IMG/VR virus record: IMGVR_UViG_3300044691_000591
Span: 1-64,000 of that record
Reading direction: 5' to 3' (one strand)
Length of the DNA stretch: 64,000 bases
Source: a virus
This document shows positions 26,739 to 37,800 of the stretch, piece by piece. A program made the translations under genes and the position numbers. Below the pieces are notes generated by a model. It made no database searches, was not told where the DNA came from, and saw nothing but the letters and a program-made list of their open reading frames with translations. How positions within the stretch are numbered: the stretch's first letter is position 1; each line of letters opens with the position of its first letter.

Positions 26739-27345
26739 GCACCGCCTCTACCCGGAGGGCACTGTGCCGCCGGTGTCGACGTTCGAGTTCCACGAGCACC
26801 GCGAGCGGGCACCGCACCTGGAGCAGCCCGTCCACCGGCCGCGCCTCGACAAGGCCCTGGAGTTCATCCTCGACGCCGACGAGCGCAGCGGCCGCCAGCA
26901 GCGCGGATGCGCCACGTCCGTCACCGACCTCGGCTGCGGCGACGGCGGCCTTCTGTCGCTGCTGAAGGATCATGACTTCTGGCCGCGAGGCTACGACTTC
27001 CAGCCCTCGAACGCCGCCGGATGGGCTGAGCGCGGTGTCAGCGCTCAGGCTTTCGACGTCTTCGGCGCAGATCAGCACCGGATCATCTTCGGCGAGATCG
27101 CCGTTACCACCGAGGTCCTGGAGCATCTCGCCGACCCGCACGAGGCCGTCCGGTTCATCGGGCAGATGTCCCGTTACCTGGTCGCATCCTCGCCCTGGAA
27201 CGAGACCCCCGAGTCCCACGATGCCTGTCACGCCTGGGCCTGGGATCAGGACGGCTACCGGGCGCTGATCGAGCAGGGCGGCTTCGCGGTCCTGCGGCAC
27301 GAGACCGTCGGGCAGTTCCAGGTCATCCTGGGAGGCCGCTCGTGA
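26731..27345 (+). CDS. Class I SAM-dependent methyltransferase
   Basis: DLGCGDGGLL, TEVLEHLADP; GTG 26731 with RBS AAGGAG. Confidence 0.88.
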   Translation: MAEHRLYPEGTVPPVSTFEFHEHRERAPHLEQPVHRPRLDKALEFILDADERSGRQQRGCATSVTDLGCGDGGLLSLLKDHDFWPRGYDFQPSNAAGWAERGVSAQAFDVFGADQHRIIFGEIAVTTEVLEHLADPHEAVRFIGQMSRYLVASSPWNETPESHDACHAWAWDQDGYRALIEQGGFAVLRHETVGQFQVILGGRS

Positions 27346-28208
27346 GGGCACTCGTAACTGGCCACAGGGGCTTCGTTGGCCGCCACCTCACCACCGCGCT
27401 GATCGAGCGGGGGTGGATCGTCCGGGGCATCGACCTGCTGGACGGCGAGGACGCCCTCGACTTCTTCCGCACCGACAGCACGTACTTCGATCTGGCCGTG
27501 CACTGCGCCGCCACCATCGGCGGCCGTGCAGCCATCGACGGCAGCCCCCTGGCGCTCGGCACCAACCTGGCCCTCGACAGCTGGTACATGCACTGGCTGG
27601 CCAAGACCGGCACACCGCGCGCCGTCTACTTCTCCAGCTCGGCCGCCTACCCGGTCGACCTCCAGCAGCCCGGCGAGATCACCAAGCTGCACGAGTCCGA
27701 CATCGACCCCACCGCGCCGGAGCAGCCCGACGCCACCTACGGGCTGGCCAAGGTGGTCGGCGAGAAGCTGGCCGGGTACGCCGCCGAGCTCGGGTGTCAG
27801 ATCGCCATTCCCAGGCCGTTCAGCGGCTACGGAGAGGACCAGGCACTCGACTACCCGTTCCCCAGCTTCATCGCGCGCGCCCGCCGCCGCGACGACCCGT
27901 TCGAGATCTGGGGCGACGGCAGCTCCACCCGCGACTGGGTACACGTGAGCGACATCGTCGGCGCCACCCTGGCGGCCGTCGACCAGGGCATCACGGGACC
28001 GTTCAACATCGGCTGGGGCCGGGCCACATCGTTCGACGACCTCGCGCGAATCGTCACCAAGCGCGCCGGGTACAGCCCGCTGCTCAAGCACCTCGGTGGC
28101 CAGCCGACCGGCGTGCACCACCGGGTGTCGGACCCGGGCCGGATGCTCGGCTTCTACCAGCCCGCTGTGACATTGGAAGAGGGCGTTCGACGCGCCCTCG
28201 CCGCCTAA
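27342..28208 (+). CDS. NAD-dependent sugar epimerase/dehydratase (extended SDR)
   Basis: VTGHRGFVG, FSSSAAY, YGLAK, RPFSGYG, RDWVHVSD. Confidence 0.93.
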   Translation: MRALVTGHRGFVGRHLTTALIERGWIVRGIDLLDGEDALDFFRTDSTYFDLAVHCAATIGGRAAIDGSPLALGTNLALDSWYMHWLAKTGTPRAVYFSSSAAYPVDLQQPGEITKLHESDIDPTAPEQPDATYGLAKVVGEKLAGYAAELGCQIAIPRPFSGYGEDQALDYPFPSFIARARRRDDPFEIWGDGSSTRDWVHVSDIVGATLAAVDQGITGPFNIGWGRATSFDDLARIVTKRAGYSPLLKHLGGQPTGVHHRVSDPGRMLGFYQPAVTLEEGVRRALAA

Positions 28209-28224
28209 CCCGAAAGGACACCCC

Positions 28225-28509
28225 ATGCCCGAGCAGCAGCCCAGCGTCGGCCGCATCGTCCACTACGTCAGCTACGGTTCGCCCGTGCGCCCGGATGGGA
28301 CGCAGGCATTCACCTCGCAATGCCGCGCGGCAACGGTCACGGAGGTCGGCGACGGGGGCACCGTGGGCCTGATGGTGGCCAACCCGACCGGCCTGTTCTT
28401 CCACTCGCTCGCCGACGGCGGATCGCCCTACGACGAGTGGGACAGCACCACCGCGCTGGCGGGCGCACAGCCGCAGGGCGGCTCCTGGCACTGGCCCGAG
28501 CGAGTCTGA
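28225..28509 (+). CDS. Conserved small phage protein
   Basis: PSVGRIVHYVS...AATVTEV...GSWHWPERV; RBS GAAAGGA. Confidence 0.8.
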   Translation: MPEQQPSVGRIVHYVSYGSPVRPDGTQAFTSQCRAATVTEVGDGGTVGLMVANPTGLFFHSLADGGSPYDEWDSTTALAGAQPQGGSWHWPERV

Positions 28510-28511
28510 CC

Positions 28512-28778
28512 ATGACCGAACTGCCCAAGTGGGCCTGGGACCTCGTTATCGCCGTCCAGAAGCACGAGGACGAACACCCGAAGGGCGGCGCTTGCTTCGA
28601 AGCCGTGCTCGCACCCATCCCCGCAGAGATCCGCGACCAGGCCGCAGCCATCCACTCCTACACGACCGGCACGAGCACGGCCGCCTGGGGGCGCGTGCAC
28701 GCGCAGACGGCTGAGTTCCTGGCGTCAGTCGAAGGCCTTGAGTTCGGTCCGACCATCCCCGGCCGGTCCGGTGGCTGA
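28512..28778 (+). CDS. Hypothetical protein
   Basis: 88 aa, ATG 28512. Confidence 0.6.
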   Translation: MTELPKWAWDLVIAVQKHEDEHPKGGACFEAVLAPIPAEIRDQAAAIHSYTTGTSTAAWGRVHAQTAEFLASVEGLEFGPTIPGRSGG

Positions 28779-29370
28779 CAGCGTGGCGGCGATCATCGCC
28801 GCACACCCGCCCCGCATCCGCAGCGGCCAACTGGCCCGCGCCGTTGCCTCCGTATGGGCGCAGACCCAGCCCGTGACCGAGCTGCACGTCGCCATCGACC
28901 ACGAGCGCGAAGGCGCGCCCGCGACTCGCCAGCGCGCACTCATGGCCGCCACCACCGACTGGGTGGCGTTCCTCGACAGCGACGACTGGTGGTACCCCCA
29001 GCACGTCATGACGCTGCTCGCCGCCGCTCAGAAGACCGGCGCGGACTACCTCTACTCCTACTTCCAGGTCCACGACGACCACGGCACCGAGCAGCCCAGC
29101 TGGGACCCCCTCGGCCACTTCGGCAAGCCGTTCAACCCCGCCGACCCGCACCAGACCACCATCACCACCCTGGTGCGCCGCGATCTCGCCCAAGCAGTCG
29201 GCTTCGCCCAGCCCGGCGAAGGCGGCACCATCGGCGGCCAGCGCGCAGGTGAGGACTGGGAATTCACCCTCGGCTGCCTCGACAAAGGCGCCCACATCGC
29301 CCACGTGCCGCAGCGCACCTGGGCCTGGTGCCACCACGACACCAACACCTCCGGGCTCCCGAGCTGGTGA
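28771..29370 (+). CDS. Glycosyltransferase, GT2 family
   Basis: LARAVASVWAQ, GAPATRQ, VAFLDSDD, GEDW. Confidence 0.9.
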   Translation: MADSVAAIIAAHPPRIRSGQLARAVASVWAQTQPVTELHVAIDHEREGAPATRQRALMAATTDWVAFLDSDDWWYPQHVMTLLAAAQKTGADYLYSYFQVHDDHGTEQPSWDPLGHFGKPFNPADPHQTTITTLVRRDLAQAVGFAQPGEGGTIGGQRAGEDWEFTLGCLDKGAHIAHVPQRTWAWCHHDTNTSGLPSW

Positions 29371-29371
29371 C

Positions 29372-29659
29372 TCAGCCAGGCTTCACCGTCACCTCGATGC
29401 CCTCGCCGAACTCGCCCCGGTACTGATCCGGGGTCCACGCCCGGCCGCCGGCGAGGAACACCGGGTCCACCCGTGCCCCACCGGCCGCCGCAGCGTCACC
29501 GACCAGCACCCAGCCCACCACCGCCGTGGGCGCGGGCGCCCCCGTGGCCGCCTCGGCGGTAGGCGCCGAGGCCACAGCCAGCAGGCCAACTGTCGCCGGC
29601 GTCAGCGACAGGACGGCCCCGGCCGGCTGCTCCTTCTCTTCACCTGTGATGATCGGCAT
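29372..29659 (-). CDS. Small tail-associated hypothetical protein
   Basis: 95 aa directly after the tail spike gene. Confidence 0.6.
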   Translation of the reverse strand: MPIITGEEKEQPAGAVLSLTPATVGLLAVASAPTAEAATGAPAPTAVVGWVLVGDAAAAGGARVDPVFLAGGRAWTPDQYRGEFGEGIEVTVKPG

Positions 29660-29665
29660 CCCGGG

Positions 29666-31687
29666 CTACGTGAGTCCGGCCCAGAAGGGCGCGTTCAGGG
29701 CGGTGTTGCTGCCCGGCGTGATCGACCCGGCCAGGGCGGTGGTCGCCGTGCCGTTGGTGGCGAAGCGGTTGCGGGCCGCCGTCGTGGTCCCGTTGTAGAG
29801 GGTGGCGTCGAGCGCGTTGTTGTTCTTCCCGAAGGCGGGCGGCGTGGTGCCGACGGAGAAGAACGCCACCCAGTAGTAGCCGGGCGTCAGCGTGAACGGG
29901 CCACCGCTCAAGGCCATTGACTTGCGGCCGGTGGAGTTCCAGCTGCTGGACTGGCTGGCTGTGGTGGCTACCAGGGTGCCAGCCGAGTTGTAGATCCCGG
30001 CAAAACTCTGCCCCGCAGTGAGGGTGGCCCCCGCCGTCACGACGTACAGGACCACGTTGCTCACCGAGATGGGCTGCGGCACCAAGACCTTCGCCAGGTT
30101 GACGACCCCCGACGTCGGGGCGACGCCGGTGCCCGAGACCGATATCGGGTCGAAGGTCCACGCAAGGTATCCGCTGTCGTTGGGCAGTGCGGTGAAGTTC
30201 GTCGACCAGGTCGGGCCCCCGGTCGCGGTGCCGTCGGTGGTGAAGTTCCAGACCCCAGCGCCGGTGTTGTTGCTGAGCGTTTGGGCGCGGTTGTTGGCCA
30301 GGATGACGCCGCCGGCGCCGTTCAGGTTGATGAACGGGTGGCCGGTGAAGGTGCCCGGGATGTCACGCACGTCGTACTGCGAGATCTCGGTCTGCAGGCA
30401 GGTGGCCTCCAGGTACACGTCGTAGGTGGCGGAGCCGTCCGGGCCCTGCAGGTCGCGGCCACAGGAGCGGAGGGCCGTGTTGGTGGAGGGCCAGGTGGAG
30501 TTGGTGGCCTGGCCGATGTAGAACAGCGAGTTGCCGACCGTGGCCCCGGTGAAGATGTCGTAGGCGCGGCAGTTCTCCAGGGTGGTGCCGTGGCCGGACA
30601 GGGACTTCACGCAGCCGCCGAACGGGCGCTCGAAGTAGCAGTCCCGCAGCGCGTTCTGCTCGTGATAGGTGCGGGCGGAGGACCCGGAGTCGGCCTGGAT
30701 CAGCACCTGGTACTGGGTATTGTCTCCGTCGATGTTCTGGAACAGGCAGTGGTCCCAGGTCAGGTTGGCCACGTCCGCGGTGGAGACTCCCGTGATGGAC
30801 CAGGCGGGCACGGAGCGCGTGGCCCCGTACACGCTGGAGATGATGTTCTCGAACTTGACCCACAGCAGGGTGCTCGACGAGTTCCAGACGCTCTTGTTCG
30901 AGGAGCGGGCGTAGCACACCAGGTCGTGGAAGGAGCCCTGGTTGATGTTGGCGCCGGTGAAGCAGTGGCCGCCGGTGGCGTCCAGGATCAGGTGGTCGAC
31001 CTCGATGAACCCGGGCTGGCTGTTGTAGCCAGGGTGCATGTAGTTGTTGTTGAAGTTGAAGATGTTGGTCGTGGCGGTCTTCAGGGTGGCGCCGTAGCCG
31101 CCGGTGAAGCGCAGGCCCACCGTCGGCCTCAGGGATGTGCCCAGCAGGTAGGTGCCGGACGGGAAGTAGATGACGCCGCGGCCGCCGGTGGCTGCGGCGG
31201 TGGCTGCGTCGATCGCGGCCTGGATCGCGGCGCTGTCGTCGGCCAGGCCGTCGCCGACCGCCCCGAAGGTCGGGTTCTTGACGTTGAAGACGTCCGTCAC
31301 CCCCGCGGCCCACAGGTGGCCCTGGACCACGAGGTCGCCGGTGACGGTGCCCCCGGTCAGCGGCAGCAGCCCGGCGACCGAGCCGGACAGGGCGTCCACC
31401 TGCGTGCCCAGGTCGGTGGCCTGCATCAGGTAGCGGGACGTGTAGCCGAAGTCGACGTACACGGTGGAGGATCCCGCCGCGGGGCCGTAGAACCCGACAC
31501 CGCCGTTGGTGTCCGCAGTCACCGTGGTGACGGGGTTGCCGGACAGGTCGGTCAGGTCGGTGAGCTGCGTGCCGCCGGTCAGCGAGTCGAAGACCTGGCC
31601 GACCGCGCCGCCGCGGATGACCAGGGCGTCGCCGACGCGCTCCAGGGCGATGTCGGCCGGGCTGAGCCCGAAGAGGTGCCGTGCCAT
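29666..31687 (-). CDS. Tail spike/fibre with pectate-lyase-like beta-helix
   Basis: MARHLFG anchor; FNVKNPTFGAVGDGLADDSAAIQAAIDAA...IYFPSGTY; N/T-rich beta-helix. Confidence 0.88.
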   Translation of the reverse strand: MARHLFGLSPADIALERVGDALVIRGGAVGQVFDSLTGGTQLTDLTDLSGNPVTTVTADTNGGVGFYGPAAGSSTVYVDFGYTSRYLMQATDLGTQVDALSGSVAGLLPLTGGTVTGDLVVQGHLWAAGVTDVFNVKNPTFGAVGDGLADDSAAIQAAIDAATAAATGGRGVIYFPSGTYLLGTSLRPTVGLRFTGGYGATLKTATTNIFNFNNNYMHPGYNSQPGFIEVDHLILDATGGHCFTGANINQGSFHDLVCYARSSNKSVWNSSSTLLWVKFENIISSVYGATRSVPAWSITGVSTADVANLTWDHCLFQNIDGDNTQYQVLIQADSGSSARTYHEQNALRDCYFERPFGGCVKSLSGHGTTLENCRAYDIFTGATVGNSLFYIGQATNSTWPSTNTALRSCGRDLQGPDGSATYDVYLEATCLQTEISQYDVRDIPGTFTGHPFINLNGAGGVILANNRAQTLSNNTGAGVWNFTTDGTATGGPTWSTNFTALPNDSGYLAWTFDPISVSGTGVAPTSGVVNLAKVLVPQPISVSNVVLYVVTAGATLTAGQSFAGIYNSAGTLVATTASQSSSWNSTGRKSMALSGGPFTLTPGYYWVAFFSVGTTPPAFGKNNNALDATLYNGTTTAARNRFATNGTATTALAGSITPGSNTALNAPFWAGLT

Positions 31688-31698
31688 GTTGTGCCTCT

Positions 31699-32691
31699 CT
31701 AGGCTGTTTCGTAGATCCCGTGGACGGCGATGACGTCGCCGGACGCGGCCTTGAGGGGTGAACCCGACACGGTCCAGCCCATGCTCGCCGCCCCGCCGGT
31801 CTGGAACCACACCCCTGCTCGCGTCGCGATCCCCGCCGACGGCTGGGACACGCCCGCGTACACCGTGCCGCCGCGCGTCATGGAGACGCCGAACACGTCC
31901 AGGTGGGACGTCTGCGCGGCGAAGGGCAGCGTCACGCCCATGGCGAAGGTGGGCCACGTCGAAATGTTCCCGACCTTGATCTGGGCGGTGAACTCGCAGG
32001 ACTTGCCGCGCAGCTTGTAGCGGCCCACATTGACCGCCCCCGAGCCCCAGTTGACGGTGGTGCCCGTCGCGTCCCACACCGGGGTGTAGGCCGACCACGC
32101 CGGGTCGCCCGCGGTGCCGACATAGTTCCAGGTGGTGCCGTCGCCCATGTAGATGTCATTGCCCTCGACCAGCAGCAGGCCCTTGCGCGAGGGGCGGCGC
32201 TGACCGGCGATGCCGGACACGACAGGCTTGCCCGTGAGCCAGCGCTGGTCGGTGACATTGGGGCCGGTCACCACCGAGGACCCGGCGGCCACCGTGCACT
32301 GGGCCAGGGGGATCTCCCAGATCCCGGCCGGGTCCTGGGTGAGCGCTGGCGCGCCGGTCCCGCCCGTCTTGTAGACGGGATGGATGGAGTCCGCGGTCGG
32401 ATCCAGGCGCAGCACCACGCGGTCCACGCGGGCACTGCTGCCGGTGGCGTTCGGGGTGACGTTGACCGCCAGGTTCCCGCCGGCCAGGGAGTAGTAGAAG
32501 CCGTTGACGAAGCCTTCGCCCGGGGCGACGTTGACGGTGCTGGCGCCCGAGCCGGTGACCTTCAGGTCGGTGCCGGCCACGTCGTCGGCGAGGATGCCGT
32601 CCAGGCCCCAGGCGCGGGCCAGCCGCGACCACTGGTACTCGGTGGCCACGGCGCTGCTGGTGAACGGTGCGGAGAACTCGGTGACCGCCAT
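31699..32691 (-). CDS. Minor tail protein
   Basis: RVDRVVLRLD, WEIPLA, W..YTP.W motifs. Confidence 0.85.
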   Translation of the reverse strand: MAVTEFSAPFTSSAVATEYQWSRLARAWGLDGILADDVAGTDLKVTGSGASTVNVAPGEGFVNGFYYSLAGGNLAVNVTPNATGSSARVDRVVLRLDPTADSIHPVYKTGGTGAPALTQDPAGIWEIPLAQCTVAAGSSVVTGPNVTDQRWLTGKPVVSGIAGQRRPSRKGLLLVEGNDIYMGDGTTWNYVGTAGDPAWSAYTPVWDATGTTVNWGSGAVNVGRYKLRGKSCEFTAQIKVGNISTWPTFAMGVTLPFAAQTSHLDVFGVSMTRGGTVYAGVSQPSAGIATRAGVWFQTGGAASMGWTVSGSPLKAASGDVIAVHGIYETA

Positions 32692-32695
32692 GTTG

Positions 32696-33874
32696 TCAGG
32701 CCGCCTTTCGGGTCTTGAGGCGGGTGAGGTCCGCCTTGATCTGGCCGATGTACCGATACACCCGGGCGATGACGTCGGCCGGCGGGTTGGAGGTGTTGCC
32801 GATGGTCGCCTTCAGCTGGGTGCCCTCGGTGGCGGAGGCGGTGAGGGTGAGTTCACGCACGACGTCGGTGATCCAGGTGTCGCGGACCTTCACGGCCACG
32901 GTGTCGCCCAGGCCGTAATCGCGGCCGTAGGCCAGCTGCGGAATGTCGACAGGCGTGATGGCCAGTGAGCCCTGGCCGGCGCCGGCGGCCAGGGCCTCGG
33001 TGCCGGCCTGCAGCATCTGCGCGGCCAGGTCCACCGCGGTGGTGTCCACGGAGGTGGCGTCGACCATCTGCTCGATGACCAGGCTGGGGAACAGCGGGTC
33101 GATCTGGGCGTAGGAGGCGCAGACCCGGGCCGTGGACTGGCCACCGGCCACGACCAGGGCGCGGGTGACGGTGGGCGGGGTGGTGGTGTAGGAGGCTGCG
33201 GTGAGGTTGCCGAGGTCGAAGCTGAAGCGGGCGGTGGTGGACTTGTCGGTGGGTGAGTAGACCTGGAACTGGAGGCCGGTGCCGATCTGGACGACGCGGA
33301 AGCCCAGTCCGGCGGCGGTGGCGATGGCCTGGAGGTTCGTCAGGAGGTTGTCGAACTGGTTGACCTGGCGGGTCACGCTCGCGCCCAGGCCCGTGTCGGC
33401 GGCCATGGTGAGGCCTGTGATGCGGCGCACCGACTGCCCGGAGGGGCCGATGTTGAGGTTGACGAGCCGGATCATGGCGGTGCCCGCGGCCACTCCGGCG
33501 ATCTTGTAGACGGGGTCGGTCTGGGCGGTGATGACGGCGGTGGGGTCGGGCCAGCAGGTGGCCTCCGCCAGGATCGTGTCGTCGGAGGGTCCGGCGACGG
33601 TGAGCTTCCCGGCGCCGCCGTCGGTGGCGGTCCGGGACCAGTCGACGGTGCGGATCGGCCCGGACACCACGGTGGTGGCGCCGCGGGACACGATCAGGCC
33701 GTTGCCCTCGACCATGAGGGCGGCCTGCGGCGAGGCGGCGTTAATCTCCAGGGTGAACGCGCCCACCGCGTTGAAGCGGGGCACGGCGCTGATGGTGACG
33801 TAGTCGTCCACCGCGCCGATGGTGTGCAGTGCGGCGTTGCGGACCCGCACCTGGAGCGGGGGCCGGGTGCCCAT
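32696..33874 (-). CDS. Minor tail/baseplate hub protein (ReqiPepy6 Gp37-like)
   Basis: PRFNAVGAFTL, FSFDLGNL, YGRDYGLGDTVAV. Confidence 0.85.
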   Translation of the reverse strand: MGTRPPLQVRVRNAALHTIGAVDDYVTISAVPRFNAVGAFTLEINAASPQAALMVEGNGLIVSRGATTVVSGPIRTVDWSRTATDGGAGKLTVAGPSDDTILAEATCWPDPTAVITAQTDPVYKIAGVAAGTAMIRLVNLNIGPSGQSVRRITGLTMAADTGLGASVTRQVNQFDNLLTNLQAIATAAGLGFRVVQIGTGLQFQVYSPTDKSTTARFSFDLGNLTAASYTTTPPTVTRALVVAGGQSTARVCASYAQIDPLFPSLVIEQMVDATSVDTTAVDLAAQMLQAGTEALAAGAGQGSLAITPVDIPQLAYGRDYGLGDTVAVKVRDTWITDVVRELTLTASATEGTQLKATIGNTSNPPADVIARVYRYIGQIKADLTRLKTRKAA

Positions 33875-34800
33875 CAGGCCGCCAGGTAGCGCGGCTGGTA
33901 GTCCAGTCGCAGCATCGTGGCGGACGTGGATCCGGCGACAGTGAGCATGAGTTGGTTGTCGCCGGCGGCCAGGCCCCACATGACGCTGGCGGCCGACAGG
34001 TTGGGCCACAGGTTCGTGGCGCCGTTGAGCAGTGCGGTCTGCTGGCGCTCGCGGGTGTCGATGACGACGGTGTCGCCGGGGCTCATGGTCTGCGTCAGGA
34101 CCAGGGTCTCGCCGGTCGTGGCGTTGGTCAGGGTCATCGAGGTGGCCGGGCCGCTGATCGTCCACACTGGGTAGGCGATGTCGTCGCCGTCGTTGGTGAC
34201 CGTCGTCGAGCCGAGTACCTGGGACTCGGACACGGCCAGGGGCAGGATCGGCAGCCACATGCCGGAGCCCGGCGCGGCCCAGGTCGTGGAGACCGGGGCG
34301 CCGAGCCAGAACGGGGAGGGCGCGTGCAGGGTGACGGTGGCGATGGTCCAGGCCCGCCCGGAGGCGTCCAGGCCCTCGTCGCCCTCCATGCCCGCCGTGT
34401 AGTAGCAGCCGATGGTGCGGGCCTCACCGTCGGGCTGGACGACGGTCAAGGTGCCCGGCCCGAGCTTGGGGTTCAGGGAGCGGATGAAGGCGCGGCGGCG
34501 GGCGAGGTAGTCGGCGCGGCCGTCGTCGGACCAGAACGCCAGCGGGAGGACCAGGTCCTTGCCCTGGCCGCGGACCGAGCGCACGTACTCGCCGTCGATG
34601 TCGGGGGACTGGTCGGTGACGATCTGATAGGTGGGCATGTCCCAGCCGCGCGGGCCCGGCTGCAGCGCCCAGCCGTTCTGCCAGTCCGTGAACGTCGTCA
34701 CCCGCCCGAGCGGGTCGGTGAACGACACCTGCGGCATCTCGACGGGCTCGGGCTGGCTGCCGGGCGGCGGAACGACGGCGGGTGCTACGAGGATCGGCAT
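33874..34800 (-). CDS. Distal tail protein (Dit)
   Basis: Follows tape measure; VTNDGD.IAYPVWTISGP, GDNQL. Confidence 0.87.
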   Translation of the reverse strand: MPILVAPAVVPPPGSQPEPVEMPQVSFTDPLGRVTTFTDWQNGWALQPGPRGWDMPTYQIVTDQSPDIDGEYVRSVRGQGKDLVLPLAFWSDDGRADYLARRRAFIRSLNPKLGPGTLTVVQPDGEARTIGCYYTAGMEGDEGLDASGRAWTIATVTLHAPSPFWLGAPVSTTWAAPGSGMWLPILPLAVSESQVLGSTTVTNDGDDIAYPVWTISGPATSMTLTNATTGETLVLTQTMSPGDTVVIDTRERQQTALLNGATNLWPNLSAASVMWGLAAGDNQLMLTVAGSTSATMLRLDYQPRYLAA

Positions 34801-34803
34801 GGG

Positions 34804-37800
34804 TCAGCCCCCCACTACAGAGCGGTGCAGGAGTTCCTCGTGCGCGAGCGCATCCAGGACCGACTGCCGGGATGCGACCTCGCGGGTCGTCGCGTGGTAC
34901 TCCAGGGTTCGCGGACCCCCGTTGGTGACCGTGGTGGCCGAGTGGGCGGCGCCGGGTGCGGCGGCCGTGCCGGAGACCAGCCCGGCCATCTGCCGGGCCA
35001 TGCGCGCGGACACATCCGACGGGTACACCTGGGAGGGGCCGCCGGTGCGGATCAGTTCGGGGCCGCGTTCGCCGACCACTGAGAGGCCGCCGATCTGCGG
35101 GAAGCCGCCGTCGGCGTACCAGCCCAGCTGGAGTTCGTGGGCCCAGGCGTTGGCGGGGCTGCCGTAGCGCGACAGGATGTAGCCCAGTCCCCACTTCTCC
35201 TGCGTGGACGGGTTGGTGAGCCAGTCCAGTCCGGCCGTCGCCATCTTGGAGGGGGGCAGGGCCTGCGGGATGCCGTAGGCGCCCGAGGTGGGGTTGGTGG
35301 CCCGGTAGTTCCACCCGGACTCGCGGGTCCACAGCTGCTGCAGGGCGGGCCACTGGTCCATGCCCCAGCCGAACTGGGGCAGCATGGCCTGCGCCGCGGC
35401 CTGGGCGACCACGGGGGCTGCGCCGGTGGCCAGCCCCGGGCCGGACAGCTGGGCGATGCCGGGGACGCGGCCGATGCTCGTGTAGGCGCCCAGGCCCTCC
35501 TCGCGGACCACGGTGCCGGTGTGCGGGGCGTCGAGCATGGTGCCCGGCTTCACGTACATGCCCACGTGGTGCGCGGGCTGGCCGAAGAACACCAGGTCGC
35601 CCGGCTGCGCGGCGGCGGCCGACACGGGATTGGTGAACGACTGCTGCACCTGGGAGGTGCGCGGGATCGCGATGTGCGGGCCGTTCTGGTAGGCGTACTG
35701 CATCAGCCCGGAGCAGTCGAAGCCGGTCGGGGACTCGCCGCCCCACAGGTACTGGACGCCCTTGAAGCCCTCGGCGACGTGCAGCGCGGACAGGCCGGCG
35801 CCGCCGGCGCTGGTGGCCTCCTTGCCGCGGATGAACGCGATGGCCTTGGTGATGGTGGTCTCGGGCAGCAGGCGGGCGCTGTCGCCCCAGGAGCCGGGTG
35901 CGTTGCCGCCCAGGGCGGCGTCGATGATGGAGCGGACCGGCTTGAAGGCGGCTTCGGCGAGGTCGGCGATGCCTTGGCGGGCCCAGTCGACGCCCTTGCT
36001 GACGACGTGTCCGACGTCCCCGGCCAGGCTGGAGGCGGCGCCCGCGATGCCGCTGAAGATGCCGCCGCCGTCGAAGCCCTGGAGGCCGAGTGCGTCGCGG
36101 ATGGCCTGGACGCCTCCGGTGCGGGCGGCGGCGTTCATGGTGTGGACGTAGTCGGGGCCAACGGCTCGGGTCCATTCGGGGCGCATGATGGCCTCGCCGC
36201 CGCTCAGGGCGACGGGGCCGCTGACGGAGGGGACGAGGTGGACGTCGCGGCCCGGGGTGTAGCCGGGCATGATGCCGCCGCTGGCGAAGCCCTTGGGCAG
36301 GGCGACGTTGGGCAGGTTGCCGAGCCCGATCTTTCCGGCGGTGGCGTTCCAGACGGTGCGGATGCCCTGGTCGTAGACGGTCTGGACCAGGAACTTGATG
36401 GGCGCGGAGAAGAGCGCTTTGACGCCGCCCCAGATCAGGCCGATGCCGTCGCGCAGGAGTTTGAACGCGCCCTGGAAGACGGTCGCGAAGGTGTTGAAGC
36501 CGGTCTTGACGGCGCCCCAGGCGGCGGCGGCAACGGTTTTGATGCCGGACCAGAGTCCGCCCCAGAGCGTTTCGACGACGCCCACGATGGTCGAGAAGAT
36601 CGACTCGACGTGGTGCCAGAGGGTGGTGAACCAGCTGACGATGCCGTTGACGATGTCGGGGATGATCGAGTGCCCGAGCAGGATGTCGAACAGGTGGGTG
36701 AACCAGGTGATGATGCTGGTCACCGCGTTGACGATCATGGTGACGAACCGGGTGATCCACGTGATCACCTTGACGATGATCGGGATCAGGAAGTTGATCG
36801 CCGCCGCCAGCACCTTCACGAGCACCCCGGCGACCGCCGCGACCACGGTGATCAGCGGGGTGAGCACGACCATCAGCAGGTTCAGCAGCGGGGTGAGCAG
36901 CCCGAGCACTGCGGTCATCAGCAGGCCGATCACCGGGACCAGGGGCATGAGCGCGGGGAGCAGGCGCACGAACGTGCCGACGATCAACGTCAGCACCGGT
37001 GCGATGATCTTCAGGGCGGTGCCGATGAGCAGGCCAAAAATGTTGCCGATCATCGTCAGCACCGGAGCCAGCGGCGTCAGCACCGCGATCAGCAACTGAG
37101 CCAGCAGCGTCACGATGCCGGTGACCAGAGGGATCAACGACATCAGGATCGGCAGCAGCGCACGCACAGCCGCAGCGAAGATCGTCGCGAACACCCCGGC
37201 AATCGCGGAGACCACCGCCAGCAGCGGCTTCAGCACAGGCATCAGCGCCGCCAGCATCCCCGCGATCAGCGAACCGACCAGGTTGACCACCGGGATCAGC
37301 GTGTTGATCACACTGGTCAGGGGTCCGACCAGGGCCGCGACCAGCTGAACGATCACGCTGACCACCGCGGTGACCACCGGCGCCAGGGCCTTCACGATTG
37401 CGGTCAGCAGCGCACTGATGGGCGCGAGCAGCGGGGTGAGGGCCGAAACCACCTGCACCGCACCCAGCAGCACCGTCTGCAGCACCGGCGCCAATCCCTT
37501 GATCAGCGGCAGCAGCGCCCCACCCAGCGCGACAGCCAGCTGCTTCAGCACCGGCCCCAGCGCCACAGCGACCGCCGTGACCGCCGGTGCCAGCGCGGCC
37601 AGGAGCGGCAGCGCGGCCTGGATGAGCGACCCGAACACCCCGGCGATGCCCTTGCCCAGCGCCGCGAGCGCGCCGAAGATCTGCTTCAGGGCCGCCTGCA
37701 CAGCAGGCATCGCCGAGATCTTCGCGATCTCCGCGACCGTCTGGCCCAGCACCCCCAGCACCCCGGTGCCGGCCGTCGACGCCGCAGACAGGACGTTCTT

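Noticed and set aside
24459-29370. Host-derived polysaccharide locus marking a prophage boundary
   Set aside because: Interleaved with typical small phage genes and flanked by tail and lysis genes; no transport or polymerase genes
29666-32691. Diversity-generating retroelement or tail-fibre shufflon
   Set aside because: No reverse transcriptase, template/variable repeat pair or invertible cassettes seen
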